From contig NC_057718.1 in assembly GCF_004010195.1 (NCBI RefSeq), positions 89,667,800 through 89,692,439 of the forward strand: a DNA stretch of 24,640 nt, in the 5' to 3' direction. Made by a program: the position numbers and the translations under genes. Positions 9,610 to 20,304 of the stretch are shown here, one piece after another; the stretch's first letter is position 1; every line of letters begins with the position of its first letter. Origin of the DNA: Chiloscyllium plagiosum (lineage: Eukaryota). Below the pieces are notes generated by a model. It was not told where the DNA came from and made no database searches. It was given only the letters and a program-made list of their open reading frames with translations.

Positions 9610-9908
9610 ACAGGGTGGCACAGTGGTTAGCACTGCTGCCTCACAGCACCAAGGGCCCATGTTCGATTCCACCTTTGGGTGACTGTGTGGAGCTTGCACA
9701 TTCACACCATGTCTGGGTGGATTTCTTCCCACAGTCCAAAGATGTGCAGGATAGGGCATGCTAAATTGCCCATGGTGTCCAAGGATAGATAGATTAACCA
9801 TGGGAAATGCGGGGTTTCAAGGATTGGGTGGGAAGCTCTTCAGAGGGGCAGTGTGGATGTAATGGGCCGAATGGTCTGCTTCCACACTGTAGGGATTCTA
9901 TGATTCTA
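9610..9908 (+). mobile_element. HE1-type V-SINE
   Basis: A box, B box GTTCGATTCC, core and tail gggattctatgattcta. Confidence 0.9.
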
Positions 9909-10164
9909 ATATGAAAGGCTGAAGCATCCTCTCATCATCTTCCTCCTGAATAGAGTCCAACCTTACAAGAACCAGCTAGTGCCTGGTATTTCAGCTCAAT
10001 GGCATTGAGTTGAGCTGTGGTAGGCAGCATCTGATGGCTATTTATCTATGGGTGCACTGTGATCAAGCTTTATTATATCTTAATGTTAACATCCTCACAT
10101 GCAATTCTGGTGGTGCTTCCTGGAAGCTGAGCAAGAATGGGAATGTCAGCACAATTCTAAGAAG

Positions 10165-11115
10165 CACTCAGATACCGAGGGGAGCAAGGGCACGTATCTC
10201 TGTGATGGTGACGAGAGGAATTCAGTAGGCTTTTCAAATATAAGCGTTCAGGATCCGTTGAGTTTACAAAATAGGCATCATCCATAAAGCCAAAGAAATT
10301 GTGCTAAAACTTTGCCTATCACTGCCCATCATGAGTTGGAGTACTGTGCCCACATTCTAGGGAAGACGTCAAAGCCTTGGAAAGAGATTTATTAAAGTGG
10401 AGGAAGTGATGACGGGCTTACAGTTCCACGGAGGGACTGAAAAAACTAGAGCTTTTCTCCTCAGACGGAGAAGGTTAAGGGGAGACTTCACGGAGTTGTT
10501 CCGAGGGTTTTGACAAGGAAACAGGAAGAGACAGTTCCCACTGGCAGGTGGGCCAGGATTCAAAGGACAGAGGACAGGATTTTAGGACAGAGATGAGGAG
10601 AAACTTCTTCACCCAGAGAGTGGTGGCTGTGTGGAATGCTCTGCCCCAGAGGGCTGCGGAGGCCCAGTCTCTGGATTCATTTAAGAAAGAGTTAGATAGA
10701 GCTCTCAAAGATAGTGGAATCAAGGGTTATGGAGATAAGGCAGGAAGAGGATACTGATTAGGAATGATCAGCCATGATCATATTGAATGGCGGTGCAGGC
10801 TCGAAGGGCTGAATGGCCTACTCCTGCACCTATTGTCTATTGTCTATTGTCTATTGTCAAAGGACAAGGGGTGAAGATAATTGACAAATGGGTCAGAGGA
10901 GAGTTGAAGGTGGCACAGAGCGTATTAGGATCTGGAATGTACTGTGTGTGTGAAGGGATAGTGGTGGCACATATTTAGCAGCAACTTCGGAAGCAGAATA
11001 TTTGAAAAGGAAACATGTACTGAAGGAACCAGGATATACGGTCGAGTGAGTTGGCTCTCTTAAAGAGCAGGCGCGGACATGAAGGAATGAACAGCCTCCT
11101 TGCACTGTATGATTT
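10165..11115 (+). mobile_element. Old CR1 LINE 3' remnant (host of a younger insertion)
   Basis: Motifs LEYCAH.., LEKLELFS...RRLRGD; continues after 10866 to a 3' UTR-like end. Confidence 0.7.
10570..10857 (+). mobile_element. Young CR1 LINE 3' end with (CTATTGT)4 tail and 10-bp TSD
   Basis: Intact frame FRTEMRRNFFTQRVVAVWNALPQRAAEAQSLDSFKKELDRAL. TSD tcaaaggaca at 10560-10569 and 10857-10866. Confidence 0.9.
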
Positions 11116-11272
11116 TAGGTATTCCCTCTTCAACCCAGAGAATGCACTGACAGTATTTGTACCACAATCCTGCTTGGATCAGATTGGAATTGTAACTCAT
11201 TGTCCAGCTGCTCACTGACCAGTTGGCAGGACAGATGGTGGCACTGCACTGGTTTCAAGCTGATAAACTCAC

Positions 11273-11368
11273 CAGATTCTGTCCCGAGAGAACTTCCAAG
11301 AGGGCAAGTAGCATTACACCATCCTTGATATCTTCGAACAGATCATTGACTATAATTGGGGGATTGCG
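11273..11368 (-). CDS. SYNE1: Nesprin-1 coding exon: N-terminal half of CH1 (96 nt, phase 0/0)
   Basis: Translates to RNPPIIVNDLFEDIKDGVMLLALLEVLSGQNL (DLFED.KDG..LL.LLEVLSG CH1 motif). Acceptor (ct)n-tctgtttcag; donor CTG|gtgagt. Confidence 0.96.
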
Positions 11369-11378
11369 CTGAAACAGA

Positions 11379-11394
11379 AGAGAGAGAGAGAGAG
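11379..11394. repeat. (AG)8 microsatellite forming the polypyrimidine tract of the 11273-11368 exon
   Basis: Read directly; it is (CT)n on the transcribed strand, 10 nt from the exon. Confidence 0.85.
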
Positions 11395-11473
11395 ACACTT
11401 AGTACTGGGTCTTAACCAGGGTAGGTTAGATAGGCAGAGGGGTCAGGGGACTGGAGTATCAACTTGATCAACA

Positions 11474-11753
11474 GTAGCTCAGTGGTTAGCACTACTACCT
11501 CACAGCAGTAGAAATCTGGGTTTGATTCCACCCTCATGCAAATGTCTGCATGGAGATTGCAAATTTCCCTGTGTCTGTGTGGGCTTCCTCCCACGTTCCA
11601 AAGTCGTGCAGGTGAGGGTGGATTGGCCATGCTGAATTGCCCACAGTCTACAGGCTAGCCATGGGCAATACAGGGATGGGGTGGGTCTGGGTGGAATGCT
11701 CTTCAGAGGGTTAGTGTGGGCCAAATGGCCTGCGTTTGCACTGAAGGGTTTCA
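11474..11753 (+). mobile_element. HE1-type V-SINE (diverged)
   Basis: gtagctcagtggttagcact head, core and tail. Confidence 0.88.
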
Positions 11754-11960
11754 ATCTTTTTCTTTAAAAAGCTTGGCTGCTCGTTGAAGATGGAAGGGCT
11801 GAGTAAACTGTATTCAGATGCCTCAGCTATTAGTGGGAAGGTGAGGGAGGTCTGACCTCAGATCTCAGGGTGTTGCTCTCATTGCAAGGAGATGGTTCCA
11901 TTCTGCAACTCGAGAGCAGAACTCAACTCTACCCCTTCCCTCATTAAAGCACAAATGTTT

Positions 11961-12292
11961 GGGGTTGTACAGTGGCTCAGCGGCAAGCACTGCTTCCTCA
12001 CAGCACCAGGGACCCAGGTTCAATTCCAGCCTCGGGCGACTGTCTGTGTGGAGTTTGCACGTTCTCCCCGTGTCTGTGTGGATTTCCTCTGGGTGCTCCA
12101 GCTGCCTCCCACAAATCAAAGTTGCATTGGTTAGGTGAACTGGCCATGGGAAATTACCCATAGTGTCCAGGGATGTTTAGGTTAGTTGCATAAGTCAGGG
12201 GTAAATATAGGTTAGGGGAATGGGTCTAGGTGGGATACTCTTTGAAGGGTCAGTGTGGACTTGTTAGGCACACTGTAGGGATTCTATGATTC
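11961..12292 (+). mobile_element. HE1-type V-SINE
   Basis: Head, B box ggttcaattcc, core and tail gggattctatgatt. Confidence 0.9.
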
Positions 12293-12482
12293 ATTTGGAT
12301 TACAATGGGCATCCAATGGGTAACAAGATGGGCCCAACTCCATGCAATAGAGAAGCCTGATGAGCTGAGATGAGGCACTGCTGTTTCTCCTGACCCACAA
12401 GCAGTGCTGCAATGTTTCTCCCCCTTCTCACCTCACAATCAGGCTTTCTGAGGCCTGGGAAAGCCTGATGGCCAATGGTATC

Positions 12483-12610
12483 GAATCATGGATAGCCTAC
12501 AAGAGCAGATGGAGGCCATTCGACCCATCGAGTCTGCACCACCCCTCCCAAGAGCATCTTACCCTGACCCAGCTCCTCCCCAACCCACCCTATCCCTGCA
12601 ACCCCGTATT
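12483..12610 (-). mobile_element. HE1/CR1-type 3' tail fragment
   Basis: ggaggccattcgacccatcgagtctgcacc...caccctatccctgcaaccc is similar to 22925-23040. Confidence 0.65.
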
Positions 12611-13394
12611 TATCAGGAAAATGTTTCTCTACAAAGTCGGTGAGCTCAGTGGCATTAAAACAGCATTAAAAACCAGCAGCATTACAGTGGTTAAACTGCC
12701 AACTCAGCTCCTGGAAGCAGTTTGGCTGGCCATCCCTTTGTCCAGCATCCAGTTAAACCCAAAATGGTTCCAGAACATCCCTTTAAATATGCAAATACAA
12801 AAACTCAGAGTCTGACCCTTCCCAGAAGCATTGACTCAGAGCTGCAGCAAAGGTAAGAGAGCACAGTCTGAGCAATAAATGCCCAGAGTGAACAACAAAG
12901 CCAATAATTGTTAATAAACTCACTTCTGGACACTTTGTACTGTCTTTGTCAAGTACATGGCAAAGAGGTAGTATTCTGATAGGAGATTATACGCACAGTT
13001 ATCACTCAAACGGGGAATGAGCATGTCCTGAAGATTGTACCAACTGTGAGTCAGTCAATCACCCAACATTTTCTTTTTGTGAAACAACAGACTCCAGCTA
13101 CTTTCAGAGTACCTACTATAAATACCTTCCAGGGAAGTGCTCAAAGAAATTGAATCGAGCAGTGACCCACCCCCAGTTGTCCAGACAGCTAGAAAGGTCA
13201 AGCAGTTAATGGCAAGAACATGTCGTATCACATTCACCTACTGAGCTGTCAATCAACAGCAGAACACAGGTCACTCTGCCCCCTCCAGGTCTGTTGTGAC
13301 ATTCAGTTACATCATTGCTTCGTGTTGTTTGATGGTTTTTGCCCATTAAGTGTAATAGATCCAGCACATCCAAAAATGCAGCACTCCCTCCGTA

Positions 13395-14192
13395 TTAGGC
13401 TACAGTCTCATCTCTCCTCATATCGTTCTGAGTTCAAGTCCCACTCCAACATGTGAGCATAAAAACCATGGCTCTGTCTGCCTGTTCCCAGCTTGCTACT
13501 AAAGACGCTACTACTCTGAATAAAAGCTTTTTTTTTAATCCCATGAGTCTACACCAATATTAATCCCTCAATTAACAACACAAAAATACAAATCATGGGA
13601 AAATTAACAAACAGTGAAATTCACAACTAATCTTGGAGGAACCTGTTTGGGTGAAGTTCACAGCACAGAATCAGGTAAGTTAATTGTTGTTTTAAATTGT
13701 TGTTGTTGTTTTAAGTGTGTCCAACAGAAAGGCTGCAGTAGTGAGTAGAGTTGGTTCTTTCTTGATTATCTAGAGGGCATAGGTTTAGGGTGAGAGGGAA
13801 GGATATTAAAGAGACCTAAGGGGCAACCTTTTCACACAGAGGGTGGTACGTGTATGGAATGAGCTGCCAGAGGAAGTGGTGGAGGCTGGTACAATTGCAA
13901 CATTTAAGAGGCATTTGGATGGGTATATGAATAGGAAGGGTTTGGAGGGATATGGGCCGGGTGCTGGCAGGTGGGACTAGATTGGGTTGGAATATCTGAT
14001 CAGCAAGAACGGGTTGGACCCAAGGGTCTGTTTCCATGCTGTACATCTCTGTGACTCTATAACATCTGGCTATAACGTTCTGTGCATGTTTCCTATTTAA
14101 CACCAGCGAATTTCCAAAGAAATAAATTGGCTGGAAAGCTCCTTGAGATACCCAATGGGAATGAAAAGCCTGATACAAATGCAAGTCTTTCT
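13395..14192 (+). mobile_element. Deu-SINE-like (SacSINE1-type) element interrupted at ~13597-14060
   Basis: Head gagttcaagtcccactcca, body ccaatattaatccctcaattaacaacacaaaa, and after the insert the tail gtttcct...attggctggaaagc...aaatgcaagtcttt. Family name recalled, not searched. Confidence 0.55.
13770..14060 (+). mobile_element. Young HER1/CR1 LINE 3' end
   Basis: RGHRFRVRG..Y.RDLRGNLFTQRVVRVWNELPEEVVEAGTIATFKRHLDGYMN; highly similar to the inverted copy at 24345-24640. Confidence 0.92.
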
Positions 14193-14372
14193 CGCTTTTT
14201 CCCTTTGCAAGTGTCATGGGTGGGATTCGATCCTGCAACCTTTTGACGCAAAGTACCATCTGCTGCGGGGAGTAAGAATGGTTCTGCACTGGTCCAAGGA
14301 TCAACAAGAGGTAGACACTTTTCTACAGACACCGTGCTTTAAAGGGTAAAGTCTGGGCAATCTTTTACAGGA

Positions 14373-14465
14373 GGAGAAAGTGAGGTCTGCAGATGCTGGA
14401 GATCAGAGCTGAAAATGTGTTGCTGGAAAAGCGCAGCAGGTCAGGCAGCGTCCAGGGAACAGGAG
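14373..14465 (-). mobile_element. Penelope-like pLTR 3' fragment
   Basis: Reverse complement of the 4603-4694 tail (ggagaaagtgaggtctgcagatgctggagatcagag...). Confidence 0.8.
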
Positions 14466-15950
14466 TCTGAGCAACATGGATGATGGCAACACATGTGGCA
14501 ATGTCAGCCAAGCAGCCCAGCAAGGCCTGCCAAGATCATCTTGGGTTACCCGAGGCGGCACAGCGAGATTTTCATCTCGTTCATCTTCTGTTTCCCATCG
14601 TACAACGTCGAGAAGACCCGAGGCGGGAAGTGGGAACGGGAGCCTGGCGAATCCCACTCACGACTACTCCAAACGTTGGGCACCAGGCACCAAACCCTCA
14701 GGGCATGGTCCATGGGTACCATACCCATGTCCCTTACGTCCACTGGCATTGGTGGAGCAGGCTGAAAGAGCTAAATGCCCTGCTCTCACTCCCAGTGTCT
14801 ACTTCTCTAGTGACAGGAGCCTTCAAAGTGCACCTTGGAGGGAAACAGGAACTATCACTGTACTGTCGCAACAAGGACACTGTGCTCTCAGGGACACACG
14901 TCCAGCTCACAGATTGGACCAGGACACAGCCTCAGGCTCTTCAGTTTCTCTCTCTGAGCCCACCTGGATGCTGACAGAAGCCCTGCCTTGCCTTTTTGGG
15001 CTCTAGACCCCTCAACCAGAGATACCTGGTCCATATGCCTTCTGTCTTGCCTCATAGTTTAGCACGGACACTACGCCCGGAAACTTCTCACAGCGATCAG
15101 CATGATGCGGTCAACGCAAAAGGTGGCAGCCTTCGATTGGTGGGGGATCTAGGCACATTTAAGTTAAGGGCAAATTCCGATGCCCATCCAGGGGCTTGAA
15201 CATGGTCAGTGGGCCACTCGACGAGGGTCAGAGTCAGGACGCTCTCCACACAATGGTTGAGGGGCCTTATATCGGCTCAGCCCATTCCCTATGACTCTTT
15301 CTGCCCTCTTGGGAGGCTGTCTCCCTCCTGGAATGCGAAAGATGGGCAGGTGTTAAGGGAGGCGAAAATGGGTGGCACAGACATGATTTTCCATGCCAAT
15401 GGGGATGTGTTCCAAGGGAGCAGACAGCGCAGAGGGCACGCAGGGTTAGTGCTATCGGGAGCTGGAGTGGACCTCAGCAAATGAGGGAAGACGCTGCATT
15501 AGTCGGAGTGGTGAGAGCACGGGTCTCGGTGGGAGGTGGACGCAGTAGCAGAGGCTGAGAGAGTGTAAGGTGTCGGAGAGAAGACGGCAGGGCACTTACA
15601 CTGTCGGAGTGGAGAAGGATATGGACGTTCCCTGCGACAATCCGTGCTTTCTCCAGATGACAGAGGCTGCCCTGATCTGGACGGCAACCTTGCACCAGGC
15701 TGGCTTGGCATAGTCAGGTGTCTGGAGCTCTCCTGCTGCTCCTGGGGGAAGAGGAAGTCCTGCCTCTTTACCACCCTGTCCCAGAGGGAGCTCAGGAACA
15801 TCAGGAATGGTGCAGGGCAACTCCTGACTTAACAGCGCTCGTCTAGGTGCACAATGGGCTTTCAAAGATGGCACGGGCACCAGAGATGCCAGCAAATCCT
15901 GGACAATCTGCTGAGTGGCAAGTGGGAAGGGTAGAACCAAGCATGACACA
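14466..15950 (-). pseudogene. Decayed intron-containing Myb/SANT-like ORF, probably from a PIF/Harbinger DNA transposon
   Basis: GC-rich block. Joining minus frames at ~15600-15830 gives L.DRVVKRQDFLFPQ...RHLT/KPAWCKVAVQIRAASVIWR/TDCRR../LLHS|gtaagt (donor 15594-15599). An acceptor at 15328-15329 is followed by ...ADIRPLNH/ERV-like residues. This pattern resembles NAIF1/MSANTD-type Harbinger ORF1. Multiple frameshifts and stops. Confidence 0.55.
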
Positions 15951-16129
15951 TGCCATAGGTATAAGGTAGGTTAAATAACGCAGCCAGTTTGATAAGATAT
16001 GGTGAGGAAACTCGGAGGGCCTTGCAATATAAATCCCTCCAAAACTTTAGACGTAACTCACCCTTAGCAAAGGAAATATTAAGATTTAGTCCCCTGAAGT
16101 GATGTTACTTTAGTCAGACTCTGGCCTCC

Positions 16130-16420
16130 TGACCTTCTAGGAGTTAGGCCACTCAGGACTGAGGTAAGGAGGAAATATTTCACTCAGGGGGAGGAGAAGT
16201 TTTGAAAGTGGCTACTCCAGGGGGTTGTAACAATTCAATCATTCAAGACAGAAACTGATAGTTCTCCAACTATTAAAAACATCAAGGGATATGGCAATTG
16301 TGCAGGAAAATAACACTGAGGTAGAAGATCAGCCACGATCCAGTTGCATGACTGAACAGGTTAGATGGGCTGAATGGCCTGCCCTTGCTTCTGATTCCTA
16401 TGTTCCTGTGTTCTTAGTTT
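16130..16420 (+). mobile_element. Old CR1 LINE 3' end
   Basis: RPLRTEVRRKYFTQG...; 3' UTR gatcagccacgatc...gggctgaatggcct...cctatgttcctgtgttc. Confidence 0.8.
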
Positions 16421-16796
16421 CTTGCACTTCTGCTGGCAACTCCCATGGGACAATGGGTCCTCAAGTTTGCTGTCAGAATTGGATCTCTGGTTCCAATACA
16501 TACAAGCCTCCAACAGCAATGCCTTCACCTGAGGAGCAGTGAGAAGGATATGGGTAGCATCGCAGTGAGAACACCACTATGCCAAGTCATATACCAGCCT
16601 TTGTGAATAAGGGTCTTGCATTGGCGGTTTCCCAATCCTCTGGAATTTTCTCCAGAATCTAAGGATTCTTGGAAGATTACTATCAGTGTATCTACTACCT
16701 CTGTGGCTACTTCCTAGATACATCCCATCAGGTCCAGGGCAATTATTGGCCTTTAGCCCTATTAGTTTCCCCGTACTTTTTCTGTTATGATACCTT

Positions 16797-17127
16797 ATCA
16801 GATGATTTCCCTACAGTGTGGAAACAGACCCTTCGGCCCAACAAGCCAACACTGACCCTCTGAAGAGTAACCCACCCAGACCCATTCCCCTACCCTATAT
16901 TTACTCCTGGCTAATGCATCTAACACTGTGGGCAATTTAGCATGGCCAATTCACCTAACCTGCACATCTTTGGACTGTGGGAGGAAACCGAAGCACCCAG
17001 AGGAAACCCACGCAGACACGGGAAGAACGTGCAAACTCCACACAGACAGTCGCCCGATGCTGGAACTGAACCCGGGTCCCTGGCGCTGTGAGGCAGCAGT
17101 GCTAACCACTGAGCCACCACGCCACCC
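16797..17127 (-). mobile_element. HE1-type V-SINE, full length, low divergence
   Basis: Starts gggtggcgtggtggctcagtggttagc; many CpGs retained; full tail. Confidence 0.93.
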
Positions 17128-17883
17128 ATAAATATATCTATTGTATTTATTTCTGTCCCCCCTTTGAGTATTTAGTAATTTTGGAATATTATCAATGTCC
17201 TATACCATGAAGACAGATGCAAAGTATTTATTCAGCGCCCCTACAATTCACTGGTTCTCCATTATTATTTTACCAGCCTCATTCGAAAGGGGCCAAATGG
17301 CCTCTCTCATCCTTTTCATTTGTTAAAATAGTTTTACTGTCTGCTTTGATACTCCTTCCTAGTTTGCCTTCAAAATTTATTTTTGCCTTCTTTACATTTT
17401 GGTCATCTTTTGTTTGATTTTTAAAATGCTCCCAAATACTTAGCAACAATCTTTTCCACATTTTACGATTTATTTTCTTTCAATGTGAAACTATCCTGAA
17501 CTTTTTTGGTTAACGATGATTAGTTTAGCACTATCCCAGAATCGTTCTTCCTCACTGGGCTGTGTCCTTTTTGTGAGGCATAAACTATTTTCTTAAAGGT
17601 TTCTTCTGCTACGCTCCTTTTTCCAATCTCTTCAATCAACTCCACCCTCATACCTTTGTAATTGCCCTGATTTCAGTTTAACGCAGTTGTTTCCAAACCA
17701 AGTTTCTCACTCTCCATCTGAATGCCAAACTTGACTATATTACTGTTTTCGAGGGGGTCTTTGAGATGATTCAATAAACCTGCCTCTTTACACATTACCA
17801 GATCCAAAATCCACATCTCTGGTTGGATCCACAACAAATTGCTTGAGGAGAATATACGCTATGAATTAATTCTAAGATGAGAG

Positions 17884-18078
17884 GAGTCAAAGAGGCGTAG
17901 AGACGTACAGCATGGAAACAGACCCTTCGGTCCAACCTGTCCATGCCGATCAGATATCCCAACCCAATCTAGTCCCACCTGCCAGCACCCGGCCCATATC
18001 CCTCCAAACCCTTCCTGTTCATATACCCATCCAAATCCCTTTTGAATGTTGCAGTTGTACCAGCCTCCACCACTTCTG
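17884..18078 (-). mobile_element. HER1/CR1 3' end
   Basis: Same sequence family as 24345-24530. Confidence 0.9.
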
Positions 18079-18225
18079 GGTAATCCAAGATGGAGGACAG
18101 GAAGAATTCCTGGCTGCAACAGCTGCTCCTTTTTTGAGGTATTTTAGGTGCTGGAGGTGATTTCCTCGAATTCCAGGAGCAGCAATTACTGTTTTATATG
18201 CTGTTGCATTGTTTTGGAACTTTTT

Positions 18226-18497
18226 GAGGTTGAGGAGAAAAAATATAAAAGGGAGCTGAGGGGCAACACTTTCACATGGGGGGAGGGGGTGGCTTGTGTG
18301 GAAAGAACTGCCAGAGGAAGTGGTAGTTGCAGCTTTTGTTGCAAAATTTAAAACTCATTTGGACAGGCATGTGAACAGGAAAGATTTAGAGCGATATGGG
18401 CCAAGCACAGGCAAATGGGACAAGCTAATTTGGGGAACGGGTCGGCATGGGAGAGTTGGACCGAAGGGTCTGTTTCCATGTTGTATGACTCTTTGAC
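18226..18497 (+). mobile_element. HER1/CR1 3' end
   Basis: KYKRELRGN.F...WKELPEEVV.A..VAKFKTHLDRHVNRK; tail ggaccgaagggtctgtttcc. Confidence 0.88.
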
Positions 18498-18760
18498 GTC
18501 CTCCTTGCTACTTCTTCCATTCAGATTTTCCTAATCTACATGGAGATTAACGGCATCCATGATGAACATCCTTGCCCTTTTTTTACATGCCGTCATTATT
18601 TCCTGATATATTCTCTCATCAGTGTCCTTTTCTGCTTGTTTTGGCTTACCTCCACCCAAATGGATTCTAGATGTTCCATTCCAAAAGCAATTGCTACTAT
18701 CGAACTTGGTCCATCTCATTCTAACAAAGCTTTTCCACCATCCTTTCCTTCTTGCCTGTC

Positions 18761-19070
18761 CATAAGACCATAAGGTAAAGGAGCAGAATTAGGTCATTCG
18801 GCCCATCCATCTGCTCTGACTGATATGTTTCTCAATCCAATTCTCCTCATAATCCTTGATCCCCTCATTCATCAAAAACCCTATCTACCTCTGTCTTTAA
18901 TATCCTCAATGACTTGACCCCCCACTACCATTTGCAGCAATCAGTTCCACAGATTCACCACCTTCTGGCTGAAGAAATTCCTCCTCATCCCAATTCTAAA
19001 GGGTCATCCCTTTATCTGAGGCCGTGCCCTTGGGTCCTAGTCTCTCTTCCTCATGGAGACTGTTTCTCCA
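18761..19070 (-). mobile_element. CR1 LINE 3' end
   Basis: cataagaccataag tail, gttccacagattcaccacc and gaagaaattcctcctcatc (RRNFF..VVNLWN on the minus strand). Confidence 0.85.
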
Positions 19071-19350
19071 TCCAAGTCTCTTGGTCCTTTCGAAAAGTCA
19101 CATACCATGGAATATTTGGTACTTAGCTTTGATCTTTGATGATAATTGGTGTCCTCCATGAGTAAATAAGAAAATTATAAATGACCCTGTTGCAAAAAGT
19201 CATGTAGATGGTACTCAATCCTCATTATAGTTGGTTTTTGCCCATGCTGGACATGGTCCACTCATTCCACAGCAAACCCCCAATGCAGAACAAGTGGAGG
19301 ACTGTATGTACACACTTGTCTCAGTAAACCTAAGTTAACAGTCATGATTT

Positions 19351-19555
19351 AGAGCTGCCGGTGTTGGACTGGGGTGGACAAAGTTAAAAATCACACAACA
19401 CCAGGTTATAGTCCAACAGATTTATCTGGAAGCATTAGCTTTCGAAGCGCTACCCCTTCATCACAATCACCTGATGAAGGACCAGCGCTCCGAAACTTAG
19501 TGCTTCCAAATAAACCTGTTGGCCTGTAACCTGGTGTTGTGTGATTTTGACTAAG
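19351..19555. mobile_element. Palindromic Penelope-derived element with two divergent hammerhead cores
   Basis: Long imperfect inverted repeat centred at ~19467. Plus core ctgatgaagg...ccgaaac at 19471-19496; degenerate minus core at 19437-19464. Confidence 0.8.
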
Positions 19556-19590
19556 TTAACAGTATATTTCTCTTCCACTTCCATGGAACT

Positions 19591-19593
<3 letters not shown>

Positions 19594-19631
<38 letters not shown>
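19594..19631. repeat. (AC)19 microsatellite
   Basis: Read directly. Confidence 0.97.
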
Positions 19632-19632
<1 letters not shown>

Positions 19633-19864
19633 AGGTAGCTACCAGAGATAGCAGCCTGTCTAAAACAGCACCCTTCCCCCTTCTCGGCTGGAGGGAGGCC
19701 CATGAAACGTGATTATTCTGTCAGTCCAGCATTGTCTCTCTCAGTGACACCACGATAGTGTAACAATGCACAGCAAGAAACTGCAAGCTCCATTGTTATA
19801 AGGTGTGATATCTTACTATTTCCCACCGCTACTGTATGAACATTATCACAGAATCTGTCTCACT

Positions 19865-20240
19865 ATAGAACCATGGAATCTTACAACTCTAAAGGACACT
19901 ATTTGGCCCATCGAGTCTGTACTATAAAGAAACTATTCGGTTAGCTCCTGCTCCCCTGCTGCTTCCCAGAGCCATGCTAACCTTCTCATTTCAAATACAG
20001 TATACAACTATATCCATCTCTCCCTTAGAAGTGAAATCAGCTTCCTCAACTCTGCTGGGCTGTGAACCCAGGGTAAACCGTGTGAAAAAATATCTCACTC
20101 CCCTCGTTCTTTTGCTGGCTGATTTCGATCTGTGTCCTCTGCTTACTGACTGTCCTATTGCTGAAAGCAAACTCTTTCCTTATCTAATCGATCAAAACAT
20201 TATCAACAGTTCCATTAAATCTCCTCTGACAGGCAATTTC
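19865..20240 (-). mobile_element. Highly diverged CR1 3' end
   Basis: atagaaccatggaatc tail, tttggcccatcgagtctg and gtgtgaaaaaa (FFT on the minus strand). Confidence 0.55.
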
Positions 20241-20304
20241 ATTTGGAAGCTTCTAGAGCGCTCATGTCATTTGTATCATCAGCAGACACAGGTGAAGTGC
20301 CCGA

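Larger units (their letters stand above)
16600..18760 (-). mobile_element. Old CR1 LINE ORF2 remnant (endonuclease end to pre-RT region) with nested insertions
   Basis: Minus-strand motifs IMDAVNLHVD* (GDFN-like), ILDLV, AKINFEGKL..IKADSK, LNKYFASVF, PGPDG and IFQESLDSG occur in CR1 ORF2 order. Confidence 0.8.

Noticed and set aside
12918..12990. Possible 52-nt minus-strand exon (tcctatcag ... gtgagt)
   Set aside because: Not frame-preserving in a phase-0 intron, and no similarity to nesprin-1.
14476..15006. Overlapping 176-aa and 164-aa plus-strand ORFs
   Set aside because: Expected in GC-rich sequence, with no recognisable domain; the interpretable signal is the decayed ORF on the minus strand.
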